Source: Acutalibacteraceae bacterium (GTDB lineage: Bacteria; Bacillota; Clostridia; Oscillospirales; Acutalibacteraceae). Taken from it: a DNA stretch of 64,000 nucleotides. The stretch spans positions 4,837-68,836 of the forward strand of contig JAZSDF010000083.1 of NCBI GenBank assembly GCA_045531035.1, in the 5' to 3' direction. How positions within the stretch are numbered: the first letter of the stretch is position 1; each line of letters starts with the position of its first letter. A model generated the notes under the pieces. The model was not told where the DNA came from and did not search any database. It saw only the letters and a program-made list of their open reading frames with translations. Made by a program: the position numbers and the translations under genes. Below are positions 8,789 through 18,115 of the stretch, piece after piece.

Positions 8789-9913
8789 ATGAATCAACAA
8801 TTAACAAATTTTATTAAAGAAACATCATACTGCCTGACGAATTATTTTCCGTTAGCATTTTGCATGGCGATATGTTTCGGTTTTGATATTATAATAGGAA
8901 TTTTATTTTCATGTCTTGCAATGCTTTTTTCACCAAAGCTTGAAAAAAAAGAGTTAATGCCTGTAATTGTTTCATTTTTAATCCTTGGAAGTCATCCCGA
9001 AAAATCATTTATTTCAATTCTTGTTTGTTTTATATTTCTAATTATTTTTTCGTTTTTTTATGAGAAAATAATTAATATTATCGTTAATCCCGTTTCTTCC
9101 GGAATAATGCTTTCAGGTGCATTAACAACAACTGTTCTTTTTACAACCGATTATTTCGGAATAGGTGCAACGGGACAAAACGTTTCTGAAATGATTAAAT
9201 CATATATTTCACTTGGTTTTCACCCAAACTGGCGAGGTGTTCTTTACGGAACAATCGTACTTGTAATTATAATTACATTTCCCAGGAAATTTAAAAAGCT
9301 CTGTAAAACCGTATCTGCATCTTTTATCGCACTTGTTTTTACACTTATATTAAATCTTTTCCTGAACCCTTCCGATATGATTTCGGCAATAAATGAGATT
9401 CCGCAAAGCAATTCATCTGAAGTTGTCGAATACTTTATTTCAAGATTTAATTTTGATTTTGAATGTATATTAATCGGATTTGCACTATTTATAATTTATA
9501 TCAATTCAACAATTAATGATATCAACACAAAACAAAAAGATATTATTACATGTGGACTGGTCAATGTTGTAAGTTCAGGATTAATCGGTTTGCCTCTCCC
9601 GTACGGAATAAACAAATCCAAAATCAATCTGATTTCACGATTGATTTCAATCGTTTTAATTCTTGTATTATTTTTTGTTTTTAAAGACTTTTTTTACAGG
9701 ATTCCGATTCATTCATGTGCTGTTGTAATTATTGTAACAGCATGGGAAAGTATTAATTGGCGCGAAATAAAAAAGAATTTTAGCGGTATAATACCTTTCA
9801 TCTTCTTTATTCTTACAATATTATTAAGTTTATATAAAGATATGGTTTACGGTGTTATCTTTTCAGTGATACTTTTCATGCCCTTAATTGTTAAAAGAAA
9901 AATAAAATATTAA
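8789..9913 (+). CDS. Divergent SulP-like anion permease lacking a STAS domain
   Basis: Polytopic membrane protein with SulP-like blocks (PVSSGIM, DYFGI, RIPIHSCAVVIIVTAWE). Start ATG 8789 after GGAG. TTGTAT-N17-TAAAAT at 8726-8754. Confidence 0.55.
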   Translation: MNQQLTNFIKETSYCLTNYFPLAFCMAICFGFDIIIGILFSCLAMLFSPKLEKKELMPVIVSFLILGSHPEKSFISILVCFIFLIIFSFFYEKIINIIVNPVSSGIMLSGALTTTVLFTTDYFGIGATGQNVSEMIKSYISLGFHPNWRGVLYGTIVLVIIITFPRKFKKLCKTVSASFIALVFTLILNLFLNPSDMISAINEIPQSNSSEVVEYFISRFNFDFECILIGFALFIIYINSTINDINTKQKDIITCGLVNVVSSGLIGLPLPYGINKSKINLISRLISIVLILVLFFVFKDFFYRIPIHSCAVVIIVTAWESINWREIKKNFSGIIPFIFFILTILLSLYKDMVYGVIFSVILFMPLIVKRKIKY

Positions 9914-9916
9914 TAG

Positions 9917-9945
9917 TAAAGCCTGTGTGAAAAACGCAGGCTTTA
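9917..9945. terminator. Bidirectional terminator between SulP-like and PiT genes
   Basis: TAAAGCCTGTGT-GAAAA-ACGCAGGCTTTA hairpin. Confidence 0.7.
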
Positions 9946-10908
9946 TCTTATAATTGCTGAAGTAATTATATAGCTTAACAATCCGCATACAGGAAATGTT
10001 AAAAACCATGTTAAAAAAAGTTTTATAATTGTTTTTTTATTTATTTTGCCATTAAAACTTCCCGCTCCTAAAATTGATGCAGTTTTAATATGTGTAGTGC
10101 TTGTTGGAACGCCGTATAGTGTTGAAAGTAAAAGACAAAGAAATCCTGATGCATCTGCCGATAAACCGCTTATACTATCAAGCTTAACCATATTATTTCC
10201 AACAGTATTTATAATTCTGTCTCCTCCCGTTATAACACCAAAAGAAATTATTAAAGAACAAATAATAATTATCAGAAAATAATAATTACAAGCTGATTTT
10301 TTTGTTGAAGTGATTGAAATAACAGAAATAATTATTCCGACAAACTTTTGAGAATCCTGTGCACCGTGCATAAAGGAAGTCAATACACTTATAATTATCT
10401 GATAATTCTTAAATTTATTAACATCATATTTTTTTATAAATCTTTTCATTAAACAAGATAATACATATCCTGAAACAAATCCAAGAATTACAGATAAAAT
10501 CAATCCGATCATTGTTTCAATCCATTCATTTATATTTAAACTTTCAAAACCACCGTTAACAGCAACAGACGACCCGAAAATCCCGGCTAAAATTGAATGG
10601 CTTTCACTTGTCGGTATTCCGAAATACCAAGCGGAAACAGCCCATAAAACAACAGTCAGCATTGCAGAAAATATAGACACTGCAAACACTTTTTCATCAC
10701 ATTGTAATACCGTCAATTTTATTATTTTTTCGTATACCTTTCCGCTTAACATTCCAACAGTTACAGAACCGACAAAATCAGAAATTGCTGCAATTCGTAA
10801 AGCTGTTTTTATCGGTAAAACACCTGTTGAAACACAAGCCGCAACAGAATTCGGTGCATCTGTCCAACCGTTTACAAATGCTACAGAAAGGATCATAAAA
10901 ACAGACAA
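9943..10908 (-). CDS. Inorganic phosphate transporter, PiT family
   Basis: PiT signatures NGWTDAPNSVA and HGAQDSQK, plus GIPTSESH and GVPTSTTH. Confidence 0.9.
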   Translation of the reverse strand: MSVFMILSVAFVNGWTDAPNSVAACVSTGVLPIKTALRIAAISDFVGSVTVGMLSGKVYEKIIKLTVLQCDEKVFAVSIFSAMLTVVLWAVSAWYFGIPTSESHSILAGIFGSSVAVNGGFESLNINEWIETMIGLILSVILGFVSGYVLSCLMKRFIKKYDVNKFKNYQIIISVLTSFMHGAQDSQKFVGIIISVISITSTKKSACNYYFLIIIICSLIISFGVITGGDRIINTVGNNMVKLDSISGLSADASGFLCLLLSTLYGVPTSTTHIKTASILGAGSFNGKINKKTIIKLFLTWFLTFPVCGLLSYIITSAIIR

Positions 10909-10938
10909 ATAAATTAAAATATTATCACCTCATAAAAG

Positions 10939-10968
10939 AAAAAACACTTTCCGAAGAAAGTGTTTTTT
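10939..10968 (-). terminator. Intrinsic terminator downstream of the fumarase-beta gene
   Basis: AAAAAACACTTTC-CGAA-GAAAGTGTTTTTT. Confidence 0.75.
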
Positions 10969-10974
10969 ATCATT

Positions 10975-11502
10975 TTATTTGAATAAATTTCCGCCTCTTG
11001 AATCAATACCGACTATAACCGGAAAATTTTCAAGAATAAGCTCTTTAACGCTTTCACAGCCTAAATCCTTAAATGCTATTTCTTTGCAAGATTTTATATG
11101 TTTAGCACAAATCGCTCCTGTTCCGCCAATGGCGCAAAAATAAACAGCATTGTTTCTGACGATTGCATCACAAACAGAATCGTTCCTTTCGCCTTTTCCT
11201 ATCATTGCTGCCAATCCAAGGTCAAGAAGTCTTGGAGAATAAACGTCCATTCTGCCCGAAGTCGTCGGACCGCAACTTCCGATAACCATTCCGTCAGGGG
11301 TAGGTGTGGGTCCTGCAAAATATATGCATGAACCATCAAGTTCAAATGGCAATTCCTCACCTTTATCAAGTTTCTCAAATATCCTCTTATGTGCCGCATC
11401 TCTCGATGTGTAAACAGTTCCGCTGAGATTTACTCTGTCACCGGCTTTTAAAACAGAAGAATAATTATTGATTTCATTAATATTTATGTTATACTCATCC
11501 AT
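10975..11502 (-). CDS. Fe-S hydro-lyase beta subunit (class I fumarate hydratase / tartrate dehydratase beta)
   Basis: Motifs LKAGDRVNLSG, RDAAHKR, GSCGPTTSGRMD, MIGKG, DSRGGN. Start ATG 11502. Confidence 0.92.
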   Translation of the reverse strand: MDEYNININEINNYSSVLKAGDRVNLSGTVYTSRDAAHKRIFEKLDKGEELPFELDGSCIYFAGPTPTPDGMVIGSCGPTTSGRMDVYSPRLLDLGLAAMIGKGERNDSVCDAIVRNNAVYFCAIGGTGAICAKHIKSCKEIAFKDLGCESVKELILENFPVIVGIDSRGGNLFK

Positions 11503-11503
11503 A

Positions 11504-12094
11504 TTATTCTTCCTTGTCAGTTTCAAAGTTTAAATTATCAGAAATATTAGAAAGAACATTCAAAAGATTTTCAATACTTGATTTCAAAGCATTTGATGAA
11601 CTTTCAAAATTATTACAGGCTGTTTTAATACGTTCGTTGGCATCATATATATCTGTTTTAGCCGTTAAGACAGCTTCATTTGCTTTTGAAACAAAGGAAG
11701 AAGAATTTGAATTTACATAATAACAGTTTGTGAGCTGTGTGAATTTTTTTTCAATTGCAATAATTTTTTCTTCAAAAATCTTTTGCTTTTCTTCATACTC
11801 AGTAATTGTTTTTTGAGCATTATCAAGTTCATTGATTAAATCAATGTTTTTTTCTGTAAGAGCTTCATTTTCAGCTTTCAAAGCATCATATTTTGCGGTT
11901 ATAACCGCAATTTCAGCAGATACTCCTTCGTTTTTCAATTTAAGAGATTCAACCTCTTCGCTGAAATCAGATTTATTTGAAACTTCTTTTTTTAATTCAA
12001 TAATTTCAGACTGAAGCTGTTCGACATAATTGAGCACACCTTCTTTTTTGAAGCCGCCCAACATAGATTTCTTGAGAATCTGTTCAGAACCCAT
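11504..12094 (-). CDS. Coiled-coil protein with DivIVA-like N-terminal motif
   Basis: Start ATG 12094 after AAAGGA. LKKSMLGGFKKEGVLNYVEQL followed by a long heptad-rich region. Confidence 0.55.
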   Translation of the reverse strand: MGSEQILKKSMLGGFKKEGVLNYVEQLQSEIIELKKEVSNKSDFSEEVESLKLKNEGVSAEIAVITAKYDALKAENEALTEKNIDLINELDNAQKTITEYEEKQKIFEEKIIAIEKKFTQLTNCYYVNSNSSSFVSKANEAVLTAKTDIYDANERIKTACNNFESSSNALKSSIENLLNVLSNISDNLNFETDKEE

Positions 12095-12113
12095 ATCTTT
12101 CTTCCTTTCAAAA

Positions 12114-13961
12114 TTAATTAAATAATATAATTTCATTAATATCTTCTGTAATTTCAGATATATTTCCATCTGAATATACATAAAGCTTTCTCTTGTTTTC
12201 AGAATTAACAATAAACGCTATTTTTCCCACATCATCAAAAACAAAACTGTCAACAAGAACGCTTGATGAAAGCAGTTTCTCTTCTGAATCAGAGATAATA
12301 TAATAATCAGCAAGAGATACTCCGGAATCATTATTATAATTTTTAAGTGCAATAACCGTATCGTCTATTACCTTCATTGCGTTTGCGGCATTAGAAAGTT
12401 TAGCGTTCTCATCGCCTGAAAATTTATAAATATCGCCTGTGTTTTTCCCTATATCTGATTTCAGATATATAATTGAATTATTCATAATAAAATAGCTTGA
12501 AATTCCATTATTAACATTAATTTTTGGCGATAGTTTCAAATCAGAACCAATTGCACTGCTGTAAAGCCTTAATCTTTCTCCTGCAGTATCGCGGACAATT
12601 GCATATAATCTGTTTCCGTCATCAGAGAACGAGAATGATGTTTTAATTTTATCATAACCGTTAAGCGCACAGGAAACATTACCGTTTTCATCATTATATC
12701 CGGAAATCTTTATTCCGCTTGATTTAACGCTACTGTCAACAATAGATTTAGCATAATCAATCACCTCAGCGATTGAGCTTCTTTGGGCTATATCGACAAG
12801 AGTTGACATATCGGTTGAACTTTTAACAATTTCTGAATTTTCATATATAATAAGAGGATTACCGAATGATGAAACGGTATAAACATTTTGTGGATTAATA
12901 TTTTCAGTAATCTTATGATTTCCGTCTGAATTATAGGCAAAAACAGTAAAAACAGGAGCAGAAAAATCTCCTTTTTCAACAGATTCATTTAAAGCTTCTC
13001 TTATCTCATCACGAACCAATTTATCCTGATATTCACGAAGCTTTTCGTTATATTCAACCGAAATACCCAAAATTGAAAGAAAACTGTCTCTTTTAGGTCT
13101 CGTTATTGATTTATCTGTTTCAGCATATGAGTCAGCAATTACATAACTCCAAGAAATGTTTTCGTTTGCAGATGTGAAATAATACAAATTTCCATCAGGT
13201 AAATATTCATCATACATAACACTGTATGTGTTATCACACAAAAGTTCAGGTGAGCCTTCAGCCTTAACACAATAAAGCTCGGTCATACCATTATAAATTT
13301 TTGAAAAGACTTCATAAAAAATATGAGGGGTCTCTGAATCATTATATAAATGAATTTCAGAAATACTTCTGTCAACTTCAATAGGATTATCGCCTGAATA
13401 TTTATAAAGAACCCGCTCATTTCCGTGTTTCTTAACAAAAAAAACAGTATCGGAATTTTCAATCGGATAAATATTTTCAACATTGGATGCAAATGCTTCA
13501 ATAACTGAGTCTGTGAAATCACAGCAATATGCCTCATTTGCACCGGCTTTTAAATTGTTTTTTAAATAATATATTTTACCGGAATTTAATATATAATCCT
13601 TGTTAATGCCATAGTCAATAATCTTTGGTTTAGTAAGTTCGCTTCTGTCTTTTTCAATATAATACAAATCAAATAAACCATCAGAATAAGATGAAGAAAC
13701 AATATAAAAAACTCTGTTGTTTTTTAAATCACATTTAAAATCAATTGCAGATGAATCAGAAATAACTGTTTCGAGATTACCTATTCTGATCACCTGACCA
13801 AGGTCATTCTTGTAAACTATAATATTATTTTTTGTAGAACCGTTCGAACCTAAAACCGAAACCAAAATAATTACAAAAGCAGAAATTGCTGCGGCAAAAA
13901 CAGATACAGCAACAAAAAATTTTATTCTCTTCTCTTTTACCTTATCATACAACTCTTCCAA
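12114..13961 (-). CDS. Membrane-anchored hypothetical protein, predicted beta-propeller
   Basis: TTG start after GAGGTG. One N-terminal TM, then repeated short aromatic beta-strand motifs (VFYI, IYYL, LYYF). Confidence 0.6.
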   Translation of the reverse strand: MEELYDKVKEKRIKFFVAVSVFAAAISAFVIILVSVLGSNGSTKNNIIVYKNDLGQVIRIGNLETVISDSSAIDFKCDLKNNRVFYIVSSSYSDGLFDLYYIEKDRSELTKPKIIDYGINKDYILNSGKIYYLKNNLKAGANEAYCCDFTDSVIEAFASNVENIYPIENSDTVFFVKKHGNERVLYKYSGDNPIEVDRSISEIHLYNDSETPHIFYEVFSKIYNGMTELYCVKAEGSPELLCDNTYSVMYDEYLPDGNLYYFTSANENISWSYVIADSYAETDKSITRPKRDSFLSILGISVEYNEKLREYQDKLVRDEIREALNESVEKGDFSAPVFTVFAYNSDGNHKITENINPQNVYTVSSFGNPLIIYENSEIVKSSTDMSTLVDIAQRSSIAEVIDYAKSIVDSSVKSSGIKISGYNDENGNVSCALNGYDKIKTSFSFSDDGNRLYAIVRDTAGERLRLYSSAIGSDLKLSPKINVNNGISSYFIMNNSIIYLKSDIGKNTGDIYKFSGDENAKLSNAANAMKVIDDTVIALKNYNNDSGVSLADYYIISDSEEKLLSSSVLVDSFVFDDVGKIAFIVNSENKRKLYVYSDGNISEITEDINEIILFN

Positions 13962-13978
13962 AAACTACACCTCTTAAA

Positions 13979-14010
13979 CAGGCGGTTGCTCCGAAAGAAG
14001 CAGCCGCCTG
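13979..14010 (-). terminator. Stem-loop / terminator downstream of transketolase
   Basis: CAGGCGGCTGCT...AGCAACCGCCTG followed by TTT on the minus strand. Confidence 0.65.
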
Positions 14011-14019
14011 AAAGTGATT

Positions 14020-14967
14020 TTATTTCAAAGAAACAGCCTTTTTAGCCTTTTCAACGATATTTTGTGCATCAAGACCGTAAATATGAAGAAGTACTACAGC
14101 AGGACCGGATTTTCCGAAAACATCATTAACACCGAGCTTAACAACGGGTACTGATTTACCGTTCTCACAGACCGCTTCGGCAACGGCACTTCCGAGACCG
14201 CCGATAATACTATGCTCTTCAGCAGTAACAATCGCACCTGTCTTCGCAGCAGAATCAAGAATTGTTTCTGTATCAAGAGGCTTGATTGTGTGAACGTTAA
14301 TTACCTCAGCACTGATGCCTTCCAGTGCAAGAATTTTCTTAGCTTCAATAGCCTCATTAACCATAAGACCGGTTGCACAGATAGTTACATCTGTTCCTTC
14401 ATTAAGAACAACAGCCTTACCCCATTCAAATTTGTAATCTTCATCAAAAATTCTGGGAACGGCAAGACGACCAAATCTCATGTATACAGGTCCTTCATAT
14501 TCTGCTGCTGCAAAAACAGCGGCACGAGCTTCTATATCATCAGCAGGGTTAATGATTGTCATTCCGGGAACAGCTCTCATAAGAGCAATATCCTCGCAGC
14601 ATTGATGGCTTGCACCGTCTTCACCAACAGAAATGCCGGCATGAGTTGCACCGATTTTAACATTAAGATTGGGATATGCAATAGAGTTTCTTACCTGCTC
14701 ATATGCTCTGCCTGCAGCAAACATAGCAAATGTGCTTGCAAAAACAGTATAACCGGTTGTTGCAAGACCGGCAGCAACACCCATCATATTTCCTTCTGCA
14801 ATACCGCAATCGAAAAACTTTTCAGGATATGCTTTTTTGAACATTCCGGTTTTAGTAGCAGCGGCAAGGTCTGCATCGAGAACAACAACCTTATCATTTA
14901 TTCCGCCAAGCTCAACAAGAGCTTTTCCGTATGCATCACGGGTTGCAGTTTTAATTACATCAGCCAT
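14020..14967 (-). CDS. Transketolase, C-terminal subunit
   Basis: Motifs ATRDAYG, GIAEGNM, GEDGASHQ, PVYMRFGR, EEHSIIGGLG. Confidence 0.95.
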   Translation of the reverse strand: MADVIKTATRDAYGKALVELGGINDKVVVLDADLAAATKTGMFKKAYPEKFFDCGIAEGNMMGVAAGLATTGYTVFASTFAMFAAGRAYEQVRNSIAYPNLNVKIGATHAGISVGEDGASHQCCEDIALMRAVPGMTIINPADDIEARAAVFAAAEYEGPVYMRFGRLAVPRIFDEDYKFEWGKAVVLNEGTDVTICATGLMVNEAIEAKKILALEGISAEVINVHTIKPLDTETILDSAAKTGAIVTAEEHSIIGGLGSAVAEAVCENGKSVPVVKLGVNDVFGKSGPAVVLLHIYGLDAQNIVEKAKKAVSLK

Positions 14968-14987
14968 TATAATTCACCGCTCCTTTC

Positions 14988-15830
14988 TTATGCTTCAAGC
15001 TCAGCAAGAGCTTGTGTAAGTTCATTCATAGCTTGTTCATACTGTTCAGCATTTGGTGCTGTACCATGCCATGAAACCTGATCTTCCATAAACGAAACAC
15101 CTTTGCCTTTAACGCTGTTTGCAATTATCGCAGAAGGCTTTCCTTTAAATTCAGCTGCAGCTTTAAAAGCGGCATCAATTTCATCAAAACTGTGTGCACA
15201 GATTTCAATTACATTCCATCCGAATGACTTGAACTTTTCGGCAATTGGATAAGGAGAGTTAACCTCCGAAATCTTTCCATCAATCTGAAGACCGTTATTG
15301 TCAACAACAGCAACAAGGTTGTCAAGTCCTTTTGCAGAAGCAAACATTGCGGCTTCCCAAACCTGACCTTCCTGAATTTCACCGTCACCAAGAATGGTAT
15401 AAACTCTGAAATTCTTATTATCAAGCTTTGCACCGAGCGCCATACCGCATGCAGTTGAAATACCTTGACCAAGCGAACCGGTACACATATCAACACCAGG
15501 AGTATATTTTATACTGGGATGACCCTGAAGCATAGAATCGCTCTTTCTGAGAGTTTTCATCTGTTCTACCGGAAAGAAGCCTCTGAGAGAAAGTACAGAA
15601 TACAGAGCAGGTGCAGCATGACCCTTTGAAAGAACAAATCTGTCTCTGTCTTCCATTTTAGGATTCTGAGGGTCAATGTTCATGTGATTAAAATATAAAT
15701 AGGTAACAATATCAACGCATGAAAGAGAGCCGCCGGGATGTCCGGACTTTGCATTGAAAACGCCTTCAATGATGCCCATCCTCGCCTTGCACGCCTTGAT
15801 TTTCAACTGTTTTCTCATAACTGAATCCAT
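14988..15830 (-). CDS. Transketolase, N-terminal subunit
   Basis: Motifs SGHPGGSLS, DRFVLSKGH, GSLGQG and TPP motif GDGEIQEG...N. Confidence 0.95.
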   Translation of the reverse strand: MDSVMRKQLKIKACKARMGIIEGVFNAKSGHPGGSLSCVDIVTYLYFNHMNIDPQNPKMEDRDRFVLSKGHAAPALYSVLSLRGFFPVEQMKTLRKSDSMLQGHPSIKYTPGVDMCTGSLGQGISTACGMALGAKLDNKNFRVYTILGDGEIQEGQVWEAAMFASAKGLDNLVAVVDNNGLQIDGKISEVNSPYPIAEKFKSFGWNVIEICAHSFDEIDAAFKAAAEFKGKPSAIIANSVKGKGVSFMEDQVSWHGTAPNAEQYEQAMNELTQALAELEA

Positions 15831-15859
15831 TACAGTCGCCTCCTGACAAATTAATTATA

Positions 15860-16687
15860 TTAGAATTTTTTATTTTCGATATATTCAAGGAAATCAGCTA
15901 CGGCACCTTTGTTGCAATGACAAGCAACAAATTCCGAAATTTCCTTTAATTCTTTCGGTGCTTGACCGCAGCAAGCAGGAACTCCTACCGTTTTAAGCAT
16001 ATCAAAATCGTTGAAATAGTCACCGATTGCACCTGTGTGAGATTTATCAATTCCGAGAATTTCGGCAAGTTTCAATAATGCAGTGCCTTTATGAGTGTTT
16101 CGGGCAAGAATTTCAAAGCTCGCAACAGAAGAGGACATTAAGGTTAAATCAGGATCAATCAATGAATCAAAGTGTTTTTTAACCTTTGAAATATGAAAAG
16201 GAATACCCGAATAAATAACCTTTCCCCAATTTTCTCTGGGCACATCCTCAATTTTTTTTATATGTTGATGTTTAAGATTGTCTGAAGCAACAAAGAATTT
16301 CCCAAACCAGCCGAGACCAGTTATATATATCATATCCTTTGCGACAATAATTACATCAACCGCCGGAAATTTTTTTGCAGCCTCAACTGCAAGGTCCATG
16401 CCTTCCTCACTCATTGAACTGAAATATATCATTTCCTGTTTTTGAAAATCATATAATCCTGCGCCATTAATAACAACAGCAGGTGTACCGTCAATCGGAA
16501 GACGTTTAAAATGCTTTTCCATCGATTGAGGATTTCTTCCCGATGCAAGAGTAAATCTGCCACCCATGGAAACAAATTTTATAATTGCTTCCTCATTCCT
16601 CGCAGGAAGTCTTCTTAATTTATTATTAAGAGTACCGTCAATATCCGATGCAATAAGCCAATCGGAAAGTAAATTATTGTTATTCAT
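15860..16687 (-). CDS. Cof-type HAD-IIB family hydrolase
   Basis: Motifs DIDGTL, ASGR, KG, GDYFND. Confidence 0.93.
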   Translation of the reverse strand: MNNNNLLSDWLIASDIDGTLNNKLRRLPARNEEAIIKFVSMGGRFTLASGRNPQSMEKHFKRLPIDGTPAVVINGAGLYDFQKQEMIYFSSMSEEGMDLAVEAAKKFPAVDVIIVAKDMIYITGLGWFGKFFVASDNLKHQHIKKIEDVPRENWGKVIYSGIPFHISKVKKHFDSLIDPDLTLMSSSVASFEILARNTHKGTALLKLAEILGIDKSHTGAIGDYFNDFDMLKTVGVPACCGQAPKELKEISEFVACHCNKGAVADFLEYIENKKF

Positions 16688-17631
16688 TATTTGTTAATTC
16701 TCCTGAGAAAATCTGTAAAGTAATCAGGAAGAGGTGCTTCAAATTTCAAATGTTCACCGGTTGATGGATGATCAAATCCGATTATTCCGGCATGAAGACA
16801 TTGTCCGTTTAAATATGAAACACCGTTTTTAGGTCCGTATACCATATCACCGGCAACGGGATGACCGAGATACGACATATGAACTCTGATTTGATGCGTC
16901 CTGCCCGTTTCAAGCTTTAATGCAACATAAGAATAATCCTTGTACTCTTCAACAACATTATAATGTGTAACTGCATTTTTTGAGTTTTGGTTAATAACAC
17001 ACATTTTCTTTCTGTCATTGGGACTTCTTCCTATTGGTGCATCAATTGTTCCTTTTTTTTCTTTTAGATGGCCGTGAATAACAGCACGGTACTCTCTGTC
17101 AAGTGAATGAGAACTTATTTGAGATGAAAGCGAAACATGTGCCGTGTCATTTTTAGCAACAAGAAGCAATCCGCTTGTATCTTTATCAATACGGTGAACA
17201 ATACCGGGACGAATAACTCCGTTTATACTTGACAAATTATCCTTACAATGCCATAGCAAAGCATTAACAAGAGTTGAATCATAATTGCCGGGTGCAGGAT
17301 GGACAACCATTCCCTTAGGCTTATTCACAACCAAAAGGTCTTTGTCTTCATAAACAATATCAAGCGGTATGTTTTGCGGAACAAGAGAAAGCTCTCTGGG
17401 TTCGGGAACGGAAAAGGATATAATATCACCGTTTTTAGGTTTGAAGCTCTTTGAAACAGTTTTTCCGTTACCTGAAACAAGACCTTCAGAAAATAAATTT
17501 TGAACAAAAGAACGGGAATAATCACTCAACACATACGAAAGAATTTTGTCAACTCTTTCCCCGGCCGAATCAGAATCAATTTCAATTAAAATCGGTTCAT
17601 TGTATTCTATTGTATTAATTTTATCAATCAT
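16687..17631 (-). CDS. rluD: RluA-family pseudouridine synthase (RluD-like, with S4 domain)
   Basis: Motifs VNKPKGMVVHP, HRIDKDTSG, LETGRTHQIRVH. Confidence 0.92.
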   Translation of the reverse strand: MIDKINTIEYNEPILIEIDSDSAGERVDKILSYVLSDYSRSFVQNLFSEGLVSGNGKTVSKSFKPKNGDIISFSVPEPRELSLVPQNIPLDIVYEDKDLLVVNKPKGMVVHPAPGNYDSTLVNALLWHCKDNLSSINGVIRPGIVHRIDKDTSGLLLVAKNDTAHVSLSSQISSHSLDREYRAVIHGHLKEKKGTIDAPIGRSPNDRKKMCVINQNSKNAVTHYNVVEEYKDYSYVALKLETGRTHQIRVHMSYLGHPVAGDMVYGPKNGVSYLNGQCLHAGIIGFDHPSTGEHLKFEAPLPDYFTDFLRRINK

Positions 17632-18101
17632 TTTTTGATATTCTTCCGTTCATTTATCAATTCATAAATTTCATATCCGATTAACATAAAAGCGCCAACA
17701 GTAATACAGCAATCCGCAAAATTAAAAACAGCAAAGTCAATAAACAACGGTTCAATAAAATCTATTACAAATCCGTACATGACTCTGTCAATAACATTGC
17801 CGATTCCTCCTGCGGTAACAAGAAGCAGACAAATGTTGATAAATAAAGGCTTTATTTTTTTGCTCATCAGCAATATAAGACAAAATACAATTATAATTAA
17901 AGTTACAACGGTAAGAATTTTAGTATTGTTCGAAAAAGAACTGAATGCAGCTCCGGTGTTTTCAACATATCTGAATTGAAATAATCCGAAAAGGAACTCT
18001 TCAGGACCGTCAACCTTAACTGTAGAAACTGCAATTTGTTTTGTTAGGCGGTCAATTAATGTTAATACAATAATCACAGCCAATGAAATTGCCTGAAACA
18101 T
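17628..18101 (-). CDS. lspA: Lipoprotein signal peptidase II
   Basis: Motifs NTGAAFS, GGIGNVIDR, VIDF, FNFAD. Confidence 0.96.
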   Translation of the reverse strand: MFQAISLAVIIVLTLIDRLTKQIAVSTVKVDGPEEFLFGLFQFRYVENTGAAFSSFSNNTKILTVVTLIIIVFCLILLMSKKIKPLFINICLLLVTAGGIGNVIDRVMYGFVIDFIEPLFIDFAVFNFADCCITVGAFMLIGYEIYELINERKNIKK

Positions 18102-18115
18102 AAAAACCTCACAAA

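Noticed and set aside
14212-15081. 289-aa plus-strand ORF opposite the transketolase genes
   Set aside because: Antisense shadow of conserved genes; no RBS or recognisable motifs, and a Cys/Ser/Phe-rich composition typical of reverse frames.
14020-15830. Split transketolase as a pseudogene
   Set aside because: Two-subunit transketolases are common in Clostridia, and both halves have intact motifs.
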